Counted from the first letter of the stretch, positions 32,493 through 44,221 are shown. The stretch: 62,294 nt of DNA from Gammaproteobacteria bacterium (GCA_020354435.1 CP070646.1:3030275-3092568); one strand, 5' to 3'. Notes: generated from the letters alone by a model not told the origin. A program made the numbers and translations.

Positions 32493-32576
32493 CGAGGGTA
32501 CGAATTCTGCATCTTTCATTACTTGGTCCGATAATCTAGTTGGGTGGCGGACTCACGTCCGCCACCCGATTGTGGA

Positions 32577-34250
32577 TCAGGAATCCATTTTTTCCTTGAG
32601 CAGGTCACCAAAACTGGTGGTTGCCGCCCTGGAATCACTACTCGCCGCGTAATCTTTCAGCGCTTCCTGCTCTTCATCACTGTCCTTGGCCTTGATCGAC
32701 AGGTAGATACTGCGTCCCTTACGATCCATGCCGGTAATCTTGGCTTCGATCTGATCGCCTTCGTTGAGGAACGTGCGTGCATCTTCGACTCGATCCTTGG
32801 CCATCTCGGAAGCCCGCAACAGGCCTTCGATACCGTCACCGAGATCAACGACCGCTGCCTTGGCGTCAACCGAGACCACCGTTCCGGATACTATACTACC
32901 CTTCGGCTTGTCGGCGATAAAGCTTGCAAACGGATCTTTTTCGATTTGTTTGATACCGAGCGAGATACGTTCGCGCTCGGGATCGATCGACAATACCATG
33001 GCTTCGACTTCCTGGCCTTTTTGATACTCACGCACCGCTTCCTCGCCGGGCTTGTTCCAGGACAGGTCGGTGAGATGGATCAGGCCGTCGATATTGCCTT
33101 CGAGACCGATAAAAATACCGAAATCGGTAATCGACTTGATCTTGCCGGAAATGATATCGCCCTTGTTGTTGCTGGCGCCGAACTCTTCCCAGGGATTTGG
33201 CTTGCACTGCTTCATACCCAGTGAAATTCGGCGGCGCTCTTCGTCGATTTCGAGAATAACGACTTCGACTTCGTCACCCAGGGTAACGACCTTGTTCGGA
33301 TTGACGTTCTTGTTGGTCCAGTCCATTTCGGAGACGTGAACCAGGCCCTCGACGCCGTCTTCGATTTCGACAAAGCAGCCGTAGTCGGTGATGTTGCTGA
33401 CATGGCCGAACAGGCGGGTGCCCTCGGGATAACGACGCATGAGGTTTTCCCAGGGATCGTCGCCCATTTGCTTGAGGCCCAGCGAAACGCGGTTCTTTTC
33501 ACGGTCGAACTTGAGCACGACGACATCGATTTCCTGGCCGATTTCGACCACCTCCGAGGGGTGCTTGACGCGCTTCCAGGCCATATCGGTAATATGCAAC
33601 AGGCCGTCGATACCACCCAGGTCGAGAAAGGCACCGTAATCGGTCAGATTCTTGACGATACCGCGTACGCGTTCGCCCTCTTTCAGGGTTTCCAGCAGCT
33701 TTTCACGCTCTTCGCTGAATTCCTTCTCGACCACGGCACGACGTGAAACGACGACGTTATTGCGCTTCTGATCGAGCTTGATGATCTTGAATTCGAGTTC
33801 CTTTTCTTCGAGATAAGCGGTGTCGCGAACCGGGCGCACATCGACCAGCGAACCGGGCAGAAAAGCGCGGATCTCGCCGATATCGACGGTAAAGCCGCCC
33901 TTGACCTTGCCGGTGAAACGACCGGTGACGATTTCGTCGGCCTGCTGGGCCTGCTCGAGACGGGTCCAGGCGCGAGCGCGCTTGGCTTTTTCGCGTGACA
34001 GCCGGGATTCGCCGTAACCGTCCTCGAAGGAGTCGAGCGCGACTTCTACGGTATCGCCGATCTTGACATCGAGCTCACCGTTTTCGTCGTAAAACTGCTC
34101 GACCGGGATAACGCCCTCGGATTTGAGGCCGGCATTGACGATAACCACATCGCGGTTGATATCGACAACCTCGCCGGTGATGATTTCGCCGGGACGCATA
34201 TTCATTTTGCTAATGCTTTGCTCAAACATTTCCGCAAAGTTTTCAGACAT
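32577..34250 (-). CDS. rpsA: 30S ribosomal protein S1
   Basis: Six S1 repeats; [10 protein letters not shown] start. Confidence 0.98.
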   Translation of the reverse strand: MSENFAEMFEQSISKMNMRPGEIITGEVVDINRDVVIVNAGLKSEGVIPVEQFYDENGELDVKIGDTVEVALDSFEDGYGESRLSREKAKRARAWTRLEQAQQADEIVTGRFTGKVKGGFTVDIGEIRAFLPGSLVDVRPVRDTAYLEEKELEFKIIKLDQKRNNVVVSRRAVVEKEFSEEREKLLETLKEGERVRGIVKNLTDYGAFLDLGGIDGLLHITDMAWKRVKHPSEVVEIGQEIDVVVLKFDREKNRVSLGLKQMGDDPWENLMRRYPEGTRLFGHVSNITDYGCFVEIEDGVEGLVHVSEMDWTNKNVNPNKVVTLGDEVEVVILEIDEERRRISLGMKQCKPNPWEEFGASNNKGDIISGKIKSITDFGIFIGLEGNIDGLIHLTDLSWNKPGEEAVREYQKGQEVEAMVLSIDPERERISLGIKQIEKDPFASFIADKPKGSIVSGTVVSVDAKAAVVDLGDGIEGLLRASEMAKDRVEDARTFLNEGDQIEAKITGMDRKGRSIYLSIKAKDSDEEQEALKDYAASSDSRAATTSFGDLLKEKMDS

Positions 34251-34311
34251 GGAAGGATCCTAAAAGAGTTTAATGACAGCTATTCTGAATGAGTAACTAT
34301 CTGGTTTAGTT

Positions 34312-34343
34312 AAAAAAACCCTGGAGACAATGCGTCTACAGGG
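34312..34343 (-). promoter_or_regulatory. Hairpin plus U7 tract in the cmk-rpsA spacer (terminator or S1 autoregulatory leader element)
   Basis: Minus strand CCCTG-t-AGAC-gcatt-GTCT-c-CAGGG-TTTTTTT. Confidence 0.5.
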
Positions 34344-34364
34344 GCCTGAATCAAGTTGTGGTTT

Positions 34365-35039
34365 CTACTTTCCCCGAATATGGCTCAGCACGAGTTCCGT
34401 AACCTGCGCCAGATCGAGCATACTGGTTTCCACAACCAGCGCATCTTCCGCGGGCTTTAGCGGTGACGCGCTGCGACCCTGGTCGCGTTCGTCACGTTCG
34501 GCTATGTCCGCCTGAAGCTGGGCGATATTAGCGGATAATCCCATATTAATCAACTGCTTATATCGTCTTTGCGCACGAATTTCGGGACTGGCGTACAAAA
34601 AAAACTTAAACCGGGCCCGCGGAAACACGACCGTGCCCATATCGCGTCCGTCGGCCACCAGCCCCGGAGGGCGAAAAAAGCTTCTCTGCAACCCGAGCAA
34701 ACCCTGGCGTACCTTTGCGTGACGTGCAACCCTCGAGGCCGCGTCGCCGGTCGCTTCCTGGCGCAATTCAGACGAAACATCGACGCCGTCGAGGTATGGC
34801 ACGGCCAGCTCGTCGCCCGCTTCGAAACGGATATCGAAAACATCGAGTAGGTCGACCAGTCCGGCTTCGTCGTCGAGATCGACACCCAGCTGCAGGGCCT
34901 TCAGCGCCAGCAGGCGGTAGATCGCGCCGCTGTCGAGCATGTGAAAGCCGAGTTCGCGGGCGACGTTGAACGCGAGCGAGCCTTTGCCCGAACCGCTGGG
35001 GCCATCGATGGCGACGACAAAAGGATCCTTATTCGGCAT
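34365..35039 (-). CDS. cmk: Cytidylate kinase
   Basis: IDGPSGSGKG, DSGAIYR and DGRDMGT motifs. Confidence 0.97.
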   Translation of the reverse strand: MPNKDPFVVAIDGPSGSGKGSLAFNVARELGFHMLDSGAIYRLLALKALQLGVDLDDEAGLVDLLDVFDIRFEAGDELAVPYLDGVDVSSELRQEATGDAASRVARHAKVRQGLLGLQRSFFRPPGLVADGRDMGTVVFPRARFKFFLYASPEIRAQRRYKQLINMGLSANIAQLQADIAERDERDQGRSASPLKPAEDALVVETSMLDLAQVTELVLSHIRGK

Positions 35040-36333
35040 CGAGCGCGATCCTGATTCCGGCCCGCTGCGCTAGTTCGGCAAAACCCGGGAAAGACGTATT
35101 GACATTGGCGCAGTCACGAATGCGAATCTCGTTGCGTGCCGCCAGCGATGCCACGGCGAACGCCATTGCAATACGGTGGTCACCGTGCGAATCGACCGTA
35201 CCGCCATCTATGCTTCCGCCATGGATGACGATGCCGTCTGCCTGAACCTGGTTATCGATACCGAGTATCGTCAGTCCATCCGCCATGACCTGGATACGGT
35301 CGCTCTCCTTGACGCGCAGTTCCTCTGCTCCACTCAGGCGAGTAACACCATCGGCACAGGCCGCGGCCACGAACAGTACCGGAAACTCGTCGATTGCGAG
35401 CGGCACCAGTTCAGGGGGTATTTCGATGCCGCGCAATTTCGAGCAGCGCAGCAGAATATCCGCCACCGGTTCACCGCCGATTTCGCGGCGATTCAGGATT
35501 TCGATATCGGCGCCCATCATTCTGAGGATATCGATGACGCCGGTACGGGTCGGATTGACGCCGACATGCTGCAGCCTGATTTCACCCTCGCCGGCGATCG
35601 CCGCGGCCACCATGAAGAATGCTGCCGACGAAATATCCGCCGGCACATCGATATCGCAGGCGCGTAAAACCTGTCCGCCGCGCATTCGGATTTCACCGTC
35701 AGCCGATACCACCTCGCAACCAAAACCGCTTAACATGCGTTCGCTATGGTCGCGCGTCGGTGCCGGTTCGCGCACGACGGTTTCGCCCTCGGCGTAAATT
35801 CCCGCCAGTAACAGGCAGGACTTGACCTGTGCCGACGCCACCGGCATGTCGTATTCGATCGCCTTGAGTCGCTGTCCGCCCCTGACCTGCAGCGGCGCGC
35901 GACCTCCGGTTTCGCTTTCGATAATCGCACCCATTTTCTGCAGCGGCTCGATGACCCGCTGCATCGGCCTCGACGACAGCGAGCGATCTCCCACCAGGCG
36001 CGCATCGAATGGCTGCCCCGCGAGCAAGCCCAGCAGCAGGCGCATTGCCGTACCGGAGTTACCCATATCGAGATCTGCGGTTGGCGCCCGCAGACCATTC
36101 AGGCCCGCGCCGTTTACTCGAACCCGGCCCCCTTCTCGTTCGATTTCGACACCCATTTGCTGAAACGCGCGGATCGTATTGAGGCTATCCTCGCCCCGCA
36201 GAAACCCCGTGACCTGGCTGACGCCAACGGCAATCGAAGCCAGGATCACCGAGCGATGCGAAATCGATTTGTCGCCAGGCACACGCAGTTCACCGCGAAT
36301 ACTGCCACCGGGTTGGCAAATAAATTGAGTCAC
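35029..36333 (-). CDS. aroA: 3-phosphoshikimate 1-carboxyvinyltransferase
   Basis: PGDKSISHRS, GNSGTAMRL, SAQVKS, KESDR and DHRIAM motifs; GTG start overlaps the tyrA TAG. Confidence 0.97.
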   Translation of the reverse strand: MTQFICQPGGSIRGELRVPGDKSISHRSVILASIAVGVSQVTGFLRGEDSLNTIRAFQQMGVEIEREGGRVRVNGAGLNGLRAPTADLDMGNSGTAMRLLLGLLAGQPFDARLVGDRSLSSRPMQRVIEPLQKMGAIIESETGGRAPLQVRGGQRLKAIEYDMPVASAQVKSCLLLAGIYAEGETVVREPAPTRDHSERMLSGFGCEVVSADGEIRMRGGQVLRACDIDVPADISSAAFFMVAAAIAGEGEIRLQHVGVNPTRTGVIDILRMMGADIEILNRREIGGEPVADILLRCSKLRGIEIPPELVPLAIDEFPVLFVAAACADGVTRLSGAEELRVKESDRIQVMADGLTILGIDNQVQADGIVIHGGSIDGGTVDSHGDHRIAMAFAVASLAARNEIRIRDCANVNTSFPGFAELAQRAGIRIALDAE

Positions 36334-37196
36334 TAACAGTTTCCTATCAGGGAATCGCGTTCCGATTTGGCCCGGCCGAACAGCTTGAGCAACTCGTCGG
36401 CATCGCCGTTGCGAATAGCCGTTGCGATTCGATCCAGCTCCTGCTGATACTGTTCGATCAAATCGATCAGCGCATCCCCGTTCGACAGGCAGATATCGCG
36501 CCACATGACGGGGTCGCTGGACGCAATCCGGGTGAAATCGCGAAAGCCGCCGGCAGCATAACGAAAGATTTCCTCGTGCTCGTTCATGTGCGACAGGTGG
36601 TGCACCAGCGCGTAGGCGAGCATGTGCGGCAAATGCGAGGTCGCCGCGAGCACCTTGTCGTGGTGCTCGACATCGAGATACTCGAGGATTGCGCCGCAAT
36701 GCCGCCACATCTGCTCAACCACCTCGATCGCGTCGGCATCGGTTTGCTCGAGCGGGGTCAGGATGACACGGCGACCCTGGTATAAAGTGGCGAATCCCGC
36801 CTCGACGCCGCTTTTTTCGTTACCCGCGATCGGATGACCCGGGACAAAACGGCATAACAGGTCTCCCAGACCGGCCTGCGCCGCCGAAACCACGGAACTC
36901 TTGGCACTACCGACGTCGGTAATTACGGCGGTCGGACTGACGCCTGGTTTCAATTCGGCGAAAACACCCTGCATCGCACCCAGCGGAACCGCAACCACGA
37001 TTACGTCCGCGTCGCGCACGCAGTCGGCGATGTCCGTACCGAAGCCATCGAGCACGCCGAGTTCGACGCCCTTTTCCAGGTTTTGCCGATTGCGGCCATA
37101 GCCGATAACCTGTCCGACTGCGCCCGCCTGTTTCAGCGCCAGCGACAGCGAGCTGCCGATCAGCCCGACGCCGATTATGGCAAGCCTGTCTATCAT
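36333..37196 (-). CDS. tyrA: Prephenate/arogenate dehydrogenase
   Basis: IIGVGLIGSS, TDVGSAK, GHPIAG, SHLPH and GGFRDFTRIA motifs. Confidence 0.94.
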   Translation of the reverse strand: MIDRLAIIGVGLIGSSLSLALKQAGAVGQVIGYGRNRQNLEKGVELGVLDGFGTDIADCVRDADVIVVAVPLGAMQGVFAELKPGVSPTAVITDVGSAKSSVVSAAQAGLGDLLCRFVPGHPIAGNEKSGVEAGFATLYQGRRVILTPLEQTDADAIEVVEQMWRHCGAILEYLDVEHHDKVLAATSHLPHMLAYALVHHLSHMNEHEEIFRYAAGGFRDFTRIASSDPVMWRDICLSNGDALIDLIEQYQQELDRIATAIRNGDADELLKLFGRAKSERDSLIGNC

Positions 37197-38302
37197 AGAA
37201 TTTCTCCCAGCGACCGATATAGCTGCTGCAACTGATCCTCGGTGCCGACGCTGATGCGTAGAAATTCGGGCATATCGTAATTGGCCACGGGCCTGACGAT
37301 GACACCGCGCTGCAGCAGATCCTGATAAACCTGCGAACTGTTGTCGCCGAACCTGACCGTGAGGAAGTTTCCGACCGACGGAATGTATTCGATACCCCTG
37401 CGGTCGAACCAATGCTGCATCGACAGCAGACCCTGGCTGTTGCACTGGCGGCTTCTCTCGACGAATTCGTCGTCATCGAGCGCGGCCTGCGCCGCCGCCA
37501 GCGCCAGGCTGTTGCCATTGAACGGCTGGCGCACGCGATTAAACAGCTCACAAAGCTCCGGGCTGGAAACAGAATAACCGACACGCAAACCGGCCAGGCC
37601 GTAAATCTTGGAAAAGGTGCGGGTGACGACCAGGTTGTCGAAACGATCCAGCCACTGCAACGTGTCCGGGTATTGCGCCAGGTCGACATACTCGAAATAG
37701 GCCTCATCGACGACAACTGCAATCGATTCGGGCACGGCCTCGATAAAGGCACGCAAATCATCGCCGCGTAACCAGGTGCCCGTCGGATTGTTCGGATTGG
37801 CGATAAAAATCACGCGCGTCCTGTCGTTGATCAGGTCAGCCATGGCGTCGAGATCGTGGCCATAGCTGGAATCGCCGTTATTCGCGGACGCCGGTGCAAC
37901 GCGGGCGGTTGCGCCGCAGGCCTGGGTCACCATGGCATAAACCATGAAGGCGTATTGTGAAAAAATTGCCTCCGTGCCGGCATCGAGAAAGCTGCGCGCG
38001 ACCAGGTCGAGCACGTCGTTGGAGCCATTGCCGATCGTGATCTGGTTGTCGCCGATGCCAAGTTTCTGGCACAGCTTTTGTTTCAAATAGTAAGCGTTGG
38101 CATCCGGGTAGAGTTCGTTGTGCTCTCCGGCCTTTTCCAGCGCAGCCCTTGCCAGCGGCGAGCAGCCCAACGGATTCTCGTTTGACGCGAGCTTGATCGC
38201 ATTATTGATACCGAGCTCACGTTCGAGTTCTTCGATCGGTTTACCAGGAGAATAAGGGTGCAACTGCCTGATTTGCACCAGTGCGGAATCGATAATCGAC
38301 AT
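37193..38302 (-). CDS. hisC: Histidinol-phosphate / aromatic aminotransferase
   Basis: KLASNENPLG, NPNNPTG, DEAY and RTFSKIYGLAGLRVGY motifs. Confidence 0.95.
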   Translation of the reverse strand: MSIIDSALVQIRQLHPYSPGKPIEELERELGINNAIKLASNENPLGCSPLARAALEKAGEHNELYPDANAYYLKQKLCQKLGIGDNQITIGNGSNDVLDLVARSFLDAGTEAIFSQYAFMVYAMVTQACGATARVAPASANNGDSSYGHDLDAMADLINDRTRVIFIANPNNPTGTWLRGDDLRAFIEAVPESIAVVVDEAYFEYVDLAQYPDTLQWLDRFDNLVVTRTFSKIYGLAGLRVGYSVSSPELCELFNRVRQPFNGNSLALAAAQAALDDDEFVERSRQCNSQGLLSMQHWFDRRGIEYIPSVGNFLTVRFGDNSSQVYQDLLQRGVIVRPVANYDMPEFLRISVGTEDQLQQLYRSLGEIL

Positions 38303-39397
38303 TTACAGTGAAGCTTTCGGATAAGAACCGAGTATTTTAAACAACGCGGCCTGTTGTTTCAGCTCATTTAGAGCCTTAATTACGGCGCTATCCTGTTGAT
38401 GGCCGTCGATATCGATAAAAAAAACATAGGCCCATTTGCGCCCTGGCGACGGACGCGACTCGATCTTGTTCATGCTGATGCCATGATCGGCCAGCGGCTG
38501 CAGCAGGCCGAGCAATGCGCCGGGCACGTTTTTAGTCGAAATCAGCAGTGAAGTCTTGTCGTTACCGCTGGGGTCGACGTCGTGTTTGCCGATAATCACG
38601 AAACGGGTTGTATTGTCGGACAGGTCTTCGATATTTTCGTAGCAAATCTTGAGTTCGAAAATCTCGACTGCCGGCAAACCGCAGATGGCGGCCGCATCGG
38701 TTTCGAGTCCGGCCAGGCGTGCGGCCTCGGCATTGCTACTGACCGGAATGCGTTCGACGCCGGGAAAGTTCTGGTCGAGCCAGCGGCGACACTGCGCGAA
38801 TGACTGCTGGTGCGAATAAATATGCTTGATCTGGAAAACATCGCCCGAGCGCGTGGCCAGGTGGTGGTGTATCGGAATTTCGACTTCACCGCAAACCTTG
38901 AGATGCGAATCCATGAACATGTCGAGGGTATGGCTGATCACCCCCTCGGTCGAATTTTCCACCGGAACCAGGCCATAGTCTGCATGACCGGATTCGACCG
39001 AGTTGAAAACGTCCGGGATACTGCTCATCGGTATGGTCGAGACCGAGTGGCCGAAATGTTTCAGCGCCGCGCTCTGGGTAAAGGTTCCTTCAGGACCGAG
39101 GTAAGCGATCTTCAGCGGCTGTTCCAGCGCCAGGCAGGCTGACATGACTTCGCGGATCAGTCGACCAACCTCGTCGTCGCTGAGCGGCCCCTGGTTGAGC
39201 GATTTAATTCGCTTGATAACCTGGGCCTCACGATCCGGGCGAAAAAAGGGGACGCTCTCGTCTGCCGTCTCATTTAATGCACGCTTGACCTCGGCGACTT
39301 CGACCGCGCAGCTTGCGCGTTGGTTAAACAGTTCGAGCAATTGCTCGTCGATAGCATCAATTCTGGCGCGCAGTTTTTCCAGGGAATCGTCGCTCAT
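38303..39397 (-). CDS. pheA: Chorismate mutase / prephenate dehydratase
   Basis: LRARIDAID, LGPEGTF, NTTRF and ESRPS motifs; start re-assigned to ATG 39397. Confidence 0.96.
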   Translation of the reverse strand: MSDDSLEKLRARIDAIDEQLLELFNQRASCAVEVAEVKRALNETADESVPFFRPDREAQVIKRIKSLNQGPLSDDEVGRLIREVMSACLALEQPLKIAYLGPEGTFTQSAALKHFGHSVSTIPMSSIPDVFNSVESGHADYGLVPVENSTEGVISHTLDMFMDSHLKVCGEVEIPIHHHLATRSGDVFQIKHIYSHQQSFAQCRRWLDQNFPGVERIPVSSNAEAARLAGLETDAAAICGLPAVEIFELKICYENIEDLSDNTTRFVIIGKHDVDPSGNDKTSLLISTKNVPGALLGLLQPLADHGISMNKIESRPSPGRKWAYVFFIDIDGHQQDSAVIKALNELKQQAALFKILGSYPKASL

Positions 39398-39404
39398 GCG
39401 GACC

Positions 39405-41960
39405 TCAGTCCTCGTCGTCGACGTCATCGTCGACGCTCGCGGCCACCGGTTCGATCTGCACCAGCTGTTCGTTTTCGCCAAGCCTGATCAGCTTAACCCC
39501 CTGGGTATTACGGCCCAGGATCGAAATATCCTGTGACGGCGTGCGCACCAGCGTGCCGCTGTTGCTGATCAGCATGACTTCTTCGTCGCCGGTGGTTCGG
39601 ATCGCGCCAATAACGGCGCCGTTGCGTTTCGACGTCTGGATCGAAATCACGCCCTGGCCGCCACGTCCCTGTACGGAAAAGTCACCGATGCGCGTGCGCT
39701 TGCCATAACCGTTTTCGGTGGCAAACAGAATCTGGCCCTCGTCGGAATCGACCGCGATCAACGAGATTACCTCGTCCTTGCCCTTGATCTTGATGCCGCG
39801 CACGCCGGCGGCAGTACGACCCATTGCGCGTACATCGTTTTCATCGATGCGAATACCCTTACCGCCGCTGGTAAACAGCATCAGGTCGGAGTGACCGTCG
39901 GTTAACTGCACACCGATCAGGCTGTCTTCGTCGCGCAGATCGAGCGCGATAATACCGTTGGCGCGCGGGCGCGAGAAATTAGACAACGCCGTGCGCTTGA
40001 CCTTGCCGCTGGCGGTGGCGAAGAAAATAAACTTGTCGTCCGGATACTCGCGCACCGGCAGAATCGCGGTGATACGTTCGTTTTCTTCCAGCGGCAACAG
40101 ATTGACCATCGGCCGACCGCGCGCGGCACGGCTACCGATCGGCAGTTGATAAACCTTTTGCCAGTAAACCTTGCCGCGGGTGGAAAAACACAGCAGGGTA
40201 TCGTGGGTCGAGGCGGCAAACATCTGCTCGACAAAGTCCTCGTCCTTGACCCGGGTCGCCGCCTTGCCCTTGCCGCCACGGCGCTGGGCACTGTAAGACT
40301 CCAACGGTTGCGCCTTGGCGTAACCGAGATGCGAGATGGTGACGACCACGTCTTCCTCGCTGATCAGATCCTCGACCGTCAGGTCGGAATGGTCGACGAT
40401 GATATCGGTGCGACGAGGGTCGGCGAATTCCTCTCTAACCTGTTCGAGTTCCTGGCGAATTTCCTGTTTCAATCGCTCGTCGCGGTTGAGGATGTCGAGC
40501 AGGTCTTCGATTTTATCGAGGATTTCACGGTACTCGGAAATGATCTTGCCCTGCTCCAGACCGGTTAACTTGTGCAGCCGCAGATCGAGAATAGCCTGAG
40601 CCTGCTTTTCGGTTAAATGGTACTGCTCGTCGATCAGTCCGTATTGATCGCCGATACCGTCCGGCCGTGAAGACTCGGCGCCCGCACGCTGCAGCATTTC
40701 CATGACCACGCCCGGAGACCAGGGCTTTTCCAGCAGGCCGGCTTTGGCTACCGCCGGACTTTCCGACTTTTTGATCAACTCGATGATTTCGTCGATGTTC
40801 GATAACGCAACCGCGAGACCTTCGAGAATATGCGCCCGATCCCGTGCCTTGCGCAAATCGAAGATGGTGCGCCTGGAGACGACTTCGCGACGATGCAGGA
40901 TAAAGGCTTGCAGAATTTCCTTCAGGTTCAGAATGCGCGGCTGACCGTTGACCAGCGCCACCATATTGATACCGAACACGTTCTGCATCTGCGTCTGCTT
41001 GTACAGGTTGTTCAGGATAACGTCGGCAATTTCGCCGCGGCGCAGTTCGATGACCATGCGCATGCCTTCCTTGTCGGATTCGTCGCGCAGCCCGGTAATG
41101 CCCTCGAGCCGCTTTTCCTTGACCAGCTCGGCGATTTTTTCCAGCAGCCTCGCCTTGTTGACCTGGTACGGCAGCTCGGTGACGATGATGCTCTGCTTGC
41201 CCGACTTGTCTTCCTCGTAGTGGGTTTTCGCCCGCAGGTAAATCTTGCCCCTGCCGCTACGATAGGCTTCGCGGATACCGCGAGCTCCGTTGATGTGGCC
41301 CGCGGTCGGGAAATCCGGACCCGGAATGCATTCCATCAATTGCTCGATACCGGCTTCCGGCTCATCCAAGAGCAGGATACAGGCGTTAATCACTTCGCCG
41401 AGGTTGTGCGGCGGAATGTTGGTTGCCATACCAACCGCGATACCCGAGGAACCGTTGACCAGCAGGTTCGGCACGCGCGTCGGCAGCACCAGCGGTTCCT
41501 TCTCCGATTCGTCGTAATTGGGGATGTAATCGACGGTTTCCTTTTCCAGGTCGGCCAGCAATTCGTGCGCGATCTTCGACATGCGTACTTCGGTATAACG
41601 CATGGCCGCCGGTGAATCGCCGTCGACCGAGCCGAAGTTACCCTGGCCGTCGACCAGCAGGTGGCGCATTGCAAACGGTTGCGCCATGCGTACGATGGTG
41701 TCGTATACCGCGGTATCGCCGTGCGGGTGATACTTACCGATCACATCACCGACAATGCGTGCCGATTTCTTGTAGGGTTTGTTATAGTCGTTGCCGAGTT
41801 CGTTCATCGCGTAAAGAACGCGCCGATGCACCGGCTTGAGGCCGTCGCGCACGTCCGGCAGCGCACGACCGACGATGACGCTCATGGCGTACTCGAGATA
41901 CGACTGGCGCATCTCGTCTTCTAGATTGACAGGAAATATTTCCTTGGCGATATCAGCCAT
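39405..41960 (-). CDS. gyrA: DNA gyrase subunit A
   Basis: [21 protein letters not shown] catalytic Tyr, GyrA-box QRRGGKG. Confidence 0.98.
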   Translation of the reverse strand: MADIAKEIFPVNLEDEMRQSYLEYAMSVIVGRALPDVRDGLKPVHRRVLYAMNELGNDYNKPYKKSARIVGDVIGKYHPHGDTAVYDTIVRMAQPFAMRHLLVDGQGNFGSVDGDSPAAMRYTEVRMSKIAHELLADLEKETVDYIPNYDESEKEPLVLPTRVPNLLVNGSSGIAVGMATNIPPHNLGEVINACILLLDEPEAGIEQLMECIPGPDFPTAGHINGARGIREAYRSGRGKIYLRAKTHYEEDKSGKQSIIVTELPYQVNKARLLEKIAELVKEKRLEGITGLRDESDKEGMRMVIELRRGEIADVILNNLYKQTQMQNVFGINMVALVNGQPRILNLKEILQAFILHRREVVSRRTIFDLRKARDRAHILEGLAVALSNIDEIIELIKKSESPAVAKAGLLEKPWSPGVVMEMLQRAGAESSRPDGIGDQYGLIDEQYHLTEKQAQAILDLRLHKLTGLEQGKIISEYREILDKIEDLLDILNRDERLKQEIRQELEQVREEFADPRRTDIIVDHSDLTVEDLISEEDVVVTISHLGYAKAQPLESYSAQRRGGKGKAATRVKDEDFVEQMFAASTHDTLLCFSTRGKVYWQKVYQLPIGSRAARGRPMVNLLPLEENERITAILPVREYPDDKFIFFATASGKVKRTALSNFSRPRANGIIALDLRDEDSLIGVQLTDGHSDLMLFTSGGKGIRIDENDVRAMGRTAAGVRGIKIKGKDEVISLIAVDSDEGQILFATENGYGKRTRIGDFSVQGRGGQGVISIQTSKRNGAVIGAIRTTGDEEVMLISNSGTLVRTPSQDISILGRNTQGVKLIRLGENEQLVQIEPVAASVDDDVDDED

Positions 41961-42187
41961 AAAAGCAGAATCTCAACGGTAAGAAATGTCGCAGGAATGA
42001 TTTATTTACGATCTGCGGGATTTTATCACAAACCTCGGGGTCAGGACCACTGCTAAGATCGCCTCTCCAGCGCGAAAATAAACCGATTTACGGGTTTTCA
42101 ACAAAGATTGTCAGGAATCTTTCCGACGCCATGACGAATGCCGCAATATCCATTTTAAGTCGCGCTCAAATCTTGTAAGGTTGGGCT

Positions 42188-43507
42188 ATGCAACATCGAT
42201 ATCAAATCATCCAGGCCGACTGGACAGTCACCGTCAATGCCGACTTCGAAGTCCTGCACGACTTCTCCGTGGTCGTCGAGGATAATCGCATCCAGACGCT
42301 GATCGCCAACGACCAGGTCATGGAACTGCCCTGTTATACGCAGGCCGAAATCATCAGCCTGCCAGGTTGCGCGCTGATGCCGGGTCTGGTCAACAGTCAT
42401 ACGCACGCGTCGATGAGCCTGTTTCGCGGACTGGCCGACGACCTGCCGTTGATGCAATGGCTGACCGATCATATCTGGCCCGCCGAGGCACGCTGGGTCG
42501 ATGCCGAATTCACCGCCGACGGATTCCGCCTGGCCGCGGCCGAAATGATTCGTTCCGGCACGACCTGTCTCAGCGACATGTTTTATTGCCCCGATGAAGC
42601 CGCGCGCTGCGCACAGCAAATCGGCATGCGCAGCGTTATCGGCCTGATCGTGCTCGACTTCCCCAGCGTATGGGCGCAAAACGCCGACGAGTATCTGCAC
42701 AAGGCGCTTGCGGTACATGACGAAATCCGCGAACTGCCGCTGGTCAGTAGCGCTTTTGCGCCGCACGCACCCTATACGGTTTCCGACGAACCGCTACGCC
42801 AGATCGCGATGTACAGCAGCGAACTCGACGTACCGGTGCACATGCACGTACATGAAACCGCGGCCGAAGTCGCCGAGGCACAGCAAAAGACCGGCCAGCG
42901 TCCGCTCGAACGACTCGATCAGTTGAATTTGCTCAATCCGAACCTGATCGCGGTGCACATGACCGAACTCGACGAGTTCGAAATCGAACGCGTTGCCGAG
43001 GCCGGCGTCAATATCGCCCACTGCCCGGAATCGAACCTGAAGCTCGCCAGCGGTATCTGCCCGGTGTCGACCTTGCTCGATCGCGGTGTCAACGTCTGCC
43101 TCGGCACCGATGGCGCCGCCAGCAACAACGATCTCGACCTGCTGGGCGAAATGCGTACGGCGGCCATGCTGGCCAAGGGCAGCAGCGGCAATGCCAGCGC
43201 CTGTAACGCTCGCCAGGCGATCGAAATGGCGACTATCAACGGCGCCCGCGCGCTTGGTATGGCGGATCAGATCGGCAGCATCGAGCCCGGCAAGCTGGCC
43301 GATCTGATCGCGCTCGATCTCACCAGTCTCAATACGCAGCCGCTATACGATCCGGTTGCGCAAATTGCCTACGCGGCCTCCAGCCGCCAGGTTTCGCATG
43401 TCTGGATCGACGGCGTACCACAGTTGCGCGACTTCGAATTCTGCCAGCTGGATAGCGATGAAATTATCGCCACAGCCGCCGGCTGGGCCAACAAGATAAA
43501 GAGTTAG
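42188..43507 (+). CDS. mtaD: MTA/SAH deaminase (TRZ/ATZ amidohydrolase)
   Basis: NSHTH, PHAPY, HCPESNLKL and GTDGAASNN motifs; conserved gyrA-divergent cluster with ubiG. Confidence 0.85.
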   Translation: MQHRYQIIQADWTVTVNADFEVLHDFSVVVEDNRIQTLIANDQVMELPCYTQAEIISLPGCALMPGLVNSHTHASMSLFRGLADDLPLMQWLTDHIWPAEARWVDAEFTADGFRLAAAEMIRSGTTCLSDMFYCPDEAARCAQQIGMRSVIGLIVLDFPSVWAQNADEYLHKALAVHDEIRELPLVSSAFAPHAPYTVSDEPLRQIAMYSSELDVPVHMHVHETAAEVAEAQQKTGQRPLERLDQLNLLNPNLIAVHMTELDEFEIERVAEAGVNIAHCPESNLKLASGICPVSTLLDRGVNVCLGTDGAASNNDLDLLGEMRTAAMLAKGSSGNASACNARQAIEMATINGARALGMADQIGSIEPGKLADLIALDLTSLNTQPLYDPVAQIAYAASSRQVSHVWIDGVPQLRDFEFCQLDSDEIIATAAGWANKIKS

Positions 43508-43510
43508 CCT

Positions 43511-44221
43511 ATGTCCCTGGAAACAAACGTGGATGCGGCCGAGATTGACAAGTTCCAGTCGATCGCGAGCCGCTGGTGGGATCGCGACAGCGAATTCAAA
43601 CCGCTGCATGAAATCAATCCGCTGCGCGTCGCCTATATCGAAAAACAGGCGCAAAGCCTGGCCGGCAAAGAGATTCTCGATGTCGGTTGCGGCGGCGGTA
43701 TTCTGGCCGAGGCGCTGGCGCAGAGGCAGGCAAAAGTGACCGGTATCGATATGGCCGAGCTGTCGCTCAAGGTAGCCAGGCTGCACCTGCACGAGTCCGG
43801 GCTGCAAATCGATTACCGGCAATCCACGGTGGAGGCCTTCGCGGAAAAAAATGCGGCCCGTTTCGACATCGTCACCTGCCTCGAAATGCTAGAACATGTA
43901 CCCGACCCGGCCTCGGTGATTGCAGCCGCCTGTCGTTTGCTCAAGCCGGACGGCCTGCTGATTCTGTCGACGCTCAACCGCAATCCGAAATCTTTTGCAC
44001 TGGCGATAATCGGTGCCGAATACGTTCTCGGCCTGCTGCCGCGCGGCACGCACGAATATAAAAAATTTATCAAGCCGTCGGAGCTGGCCGCGGTGCTTCG
44101 CGCCAACGGCATGCGGCTCTGTGATACCACCGGCCTGAGCTATAACCCGATTACGCGAAGTTATTCGCTGGGTCGGGATATCGACGTCAACTACCTGATG
44201 ACTGCATGCCTCGATGACTGA
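43511..44221 (+). CDS. ubiG: Ubiquinone biosynthesis O-methyltransferase
   Basis: WWD..SEFKPLHEINP, LDVGCGGG and CLEMLEHVPDP motifs. Confidence 0.96.
   Translation: MSLETNVDAAEIDKFQSIASRWWDRDSEFKPLHEINPLRVAYIEKQAQSLAGKEILDVGCGGGILAEALAQRQAKVTGIDMAELSLKVARLHLHESGLQIDYRQSTVEAFAEKNAARFDIVTCLEMLEHVPDPASVIAAACRLLKPDGLLILSTLNRNPKSFALAIIGAEYVLGLLPRGTHEYKKFIKPSELAAVLRANGMRLCDTTGLSYNPITRSYSLGRDIDVNYLMTACLDD

Noticed and set aside
36333-36708. aroA frame open 125 codons into tyrA, suggesting a frameshifted TyrA-AroA fusion
   Set aside because: A clean TAGTG stop/start overlap with an AGGA RBS explains expression; no canonical slippery heptamer; open off-frames are common at this GC content.
41690-41725. 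Thr at GyrA position 83 as quinolone resistance
   Set aside because: T83/D87 is the wild-type state in Pseudomonas-like GyrA.
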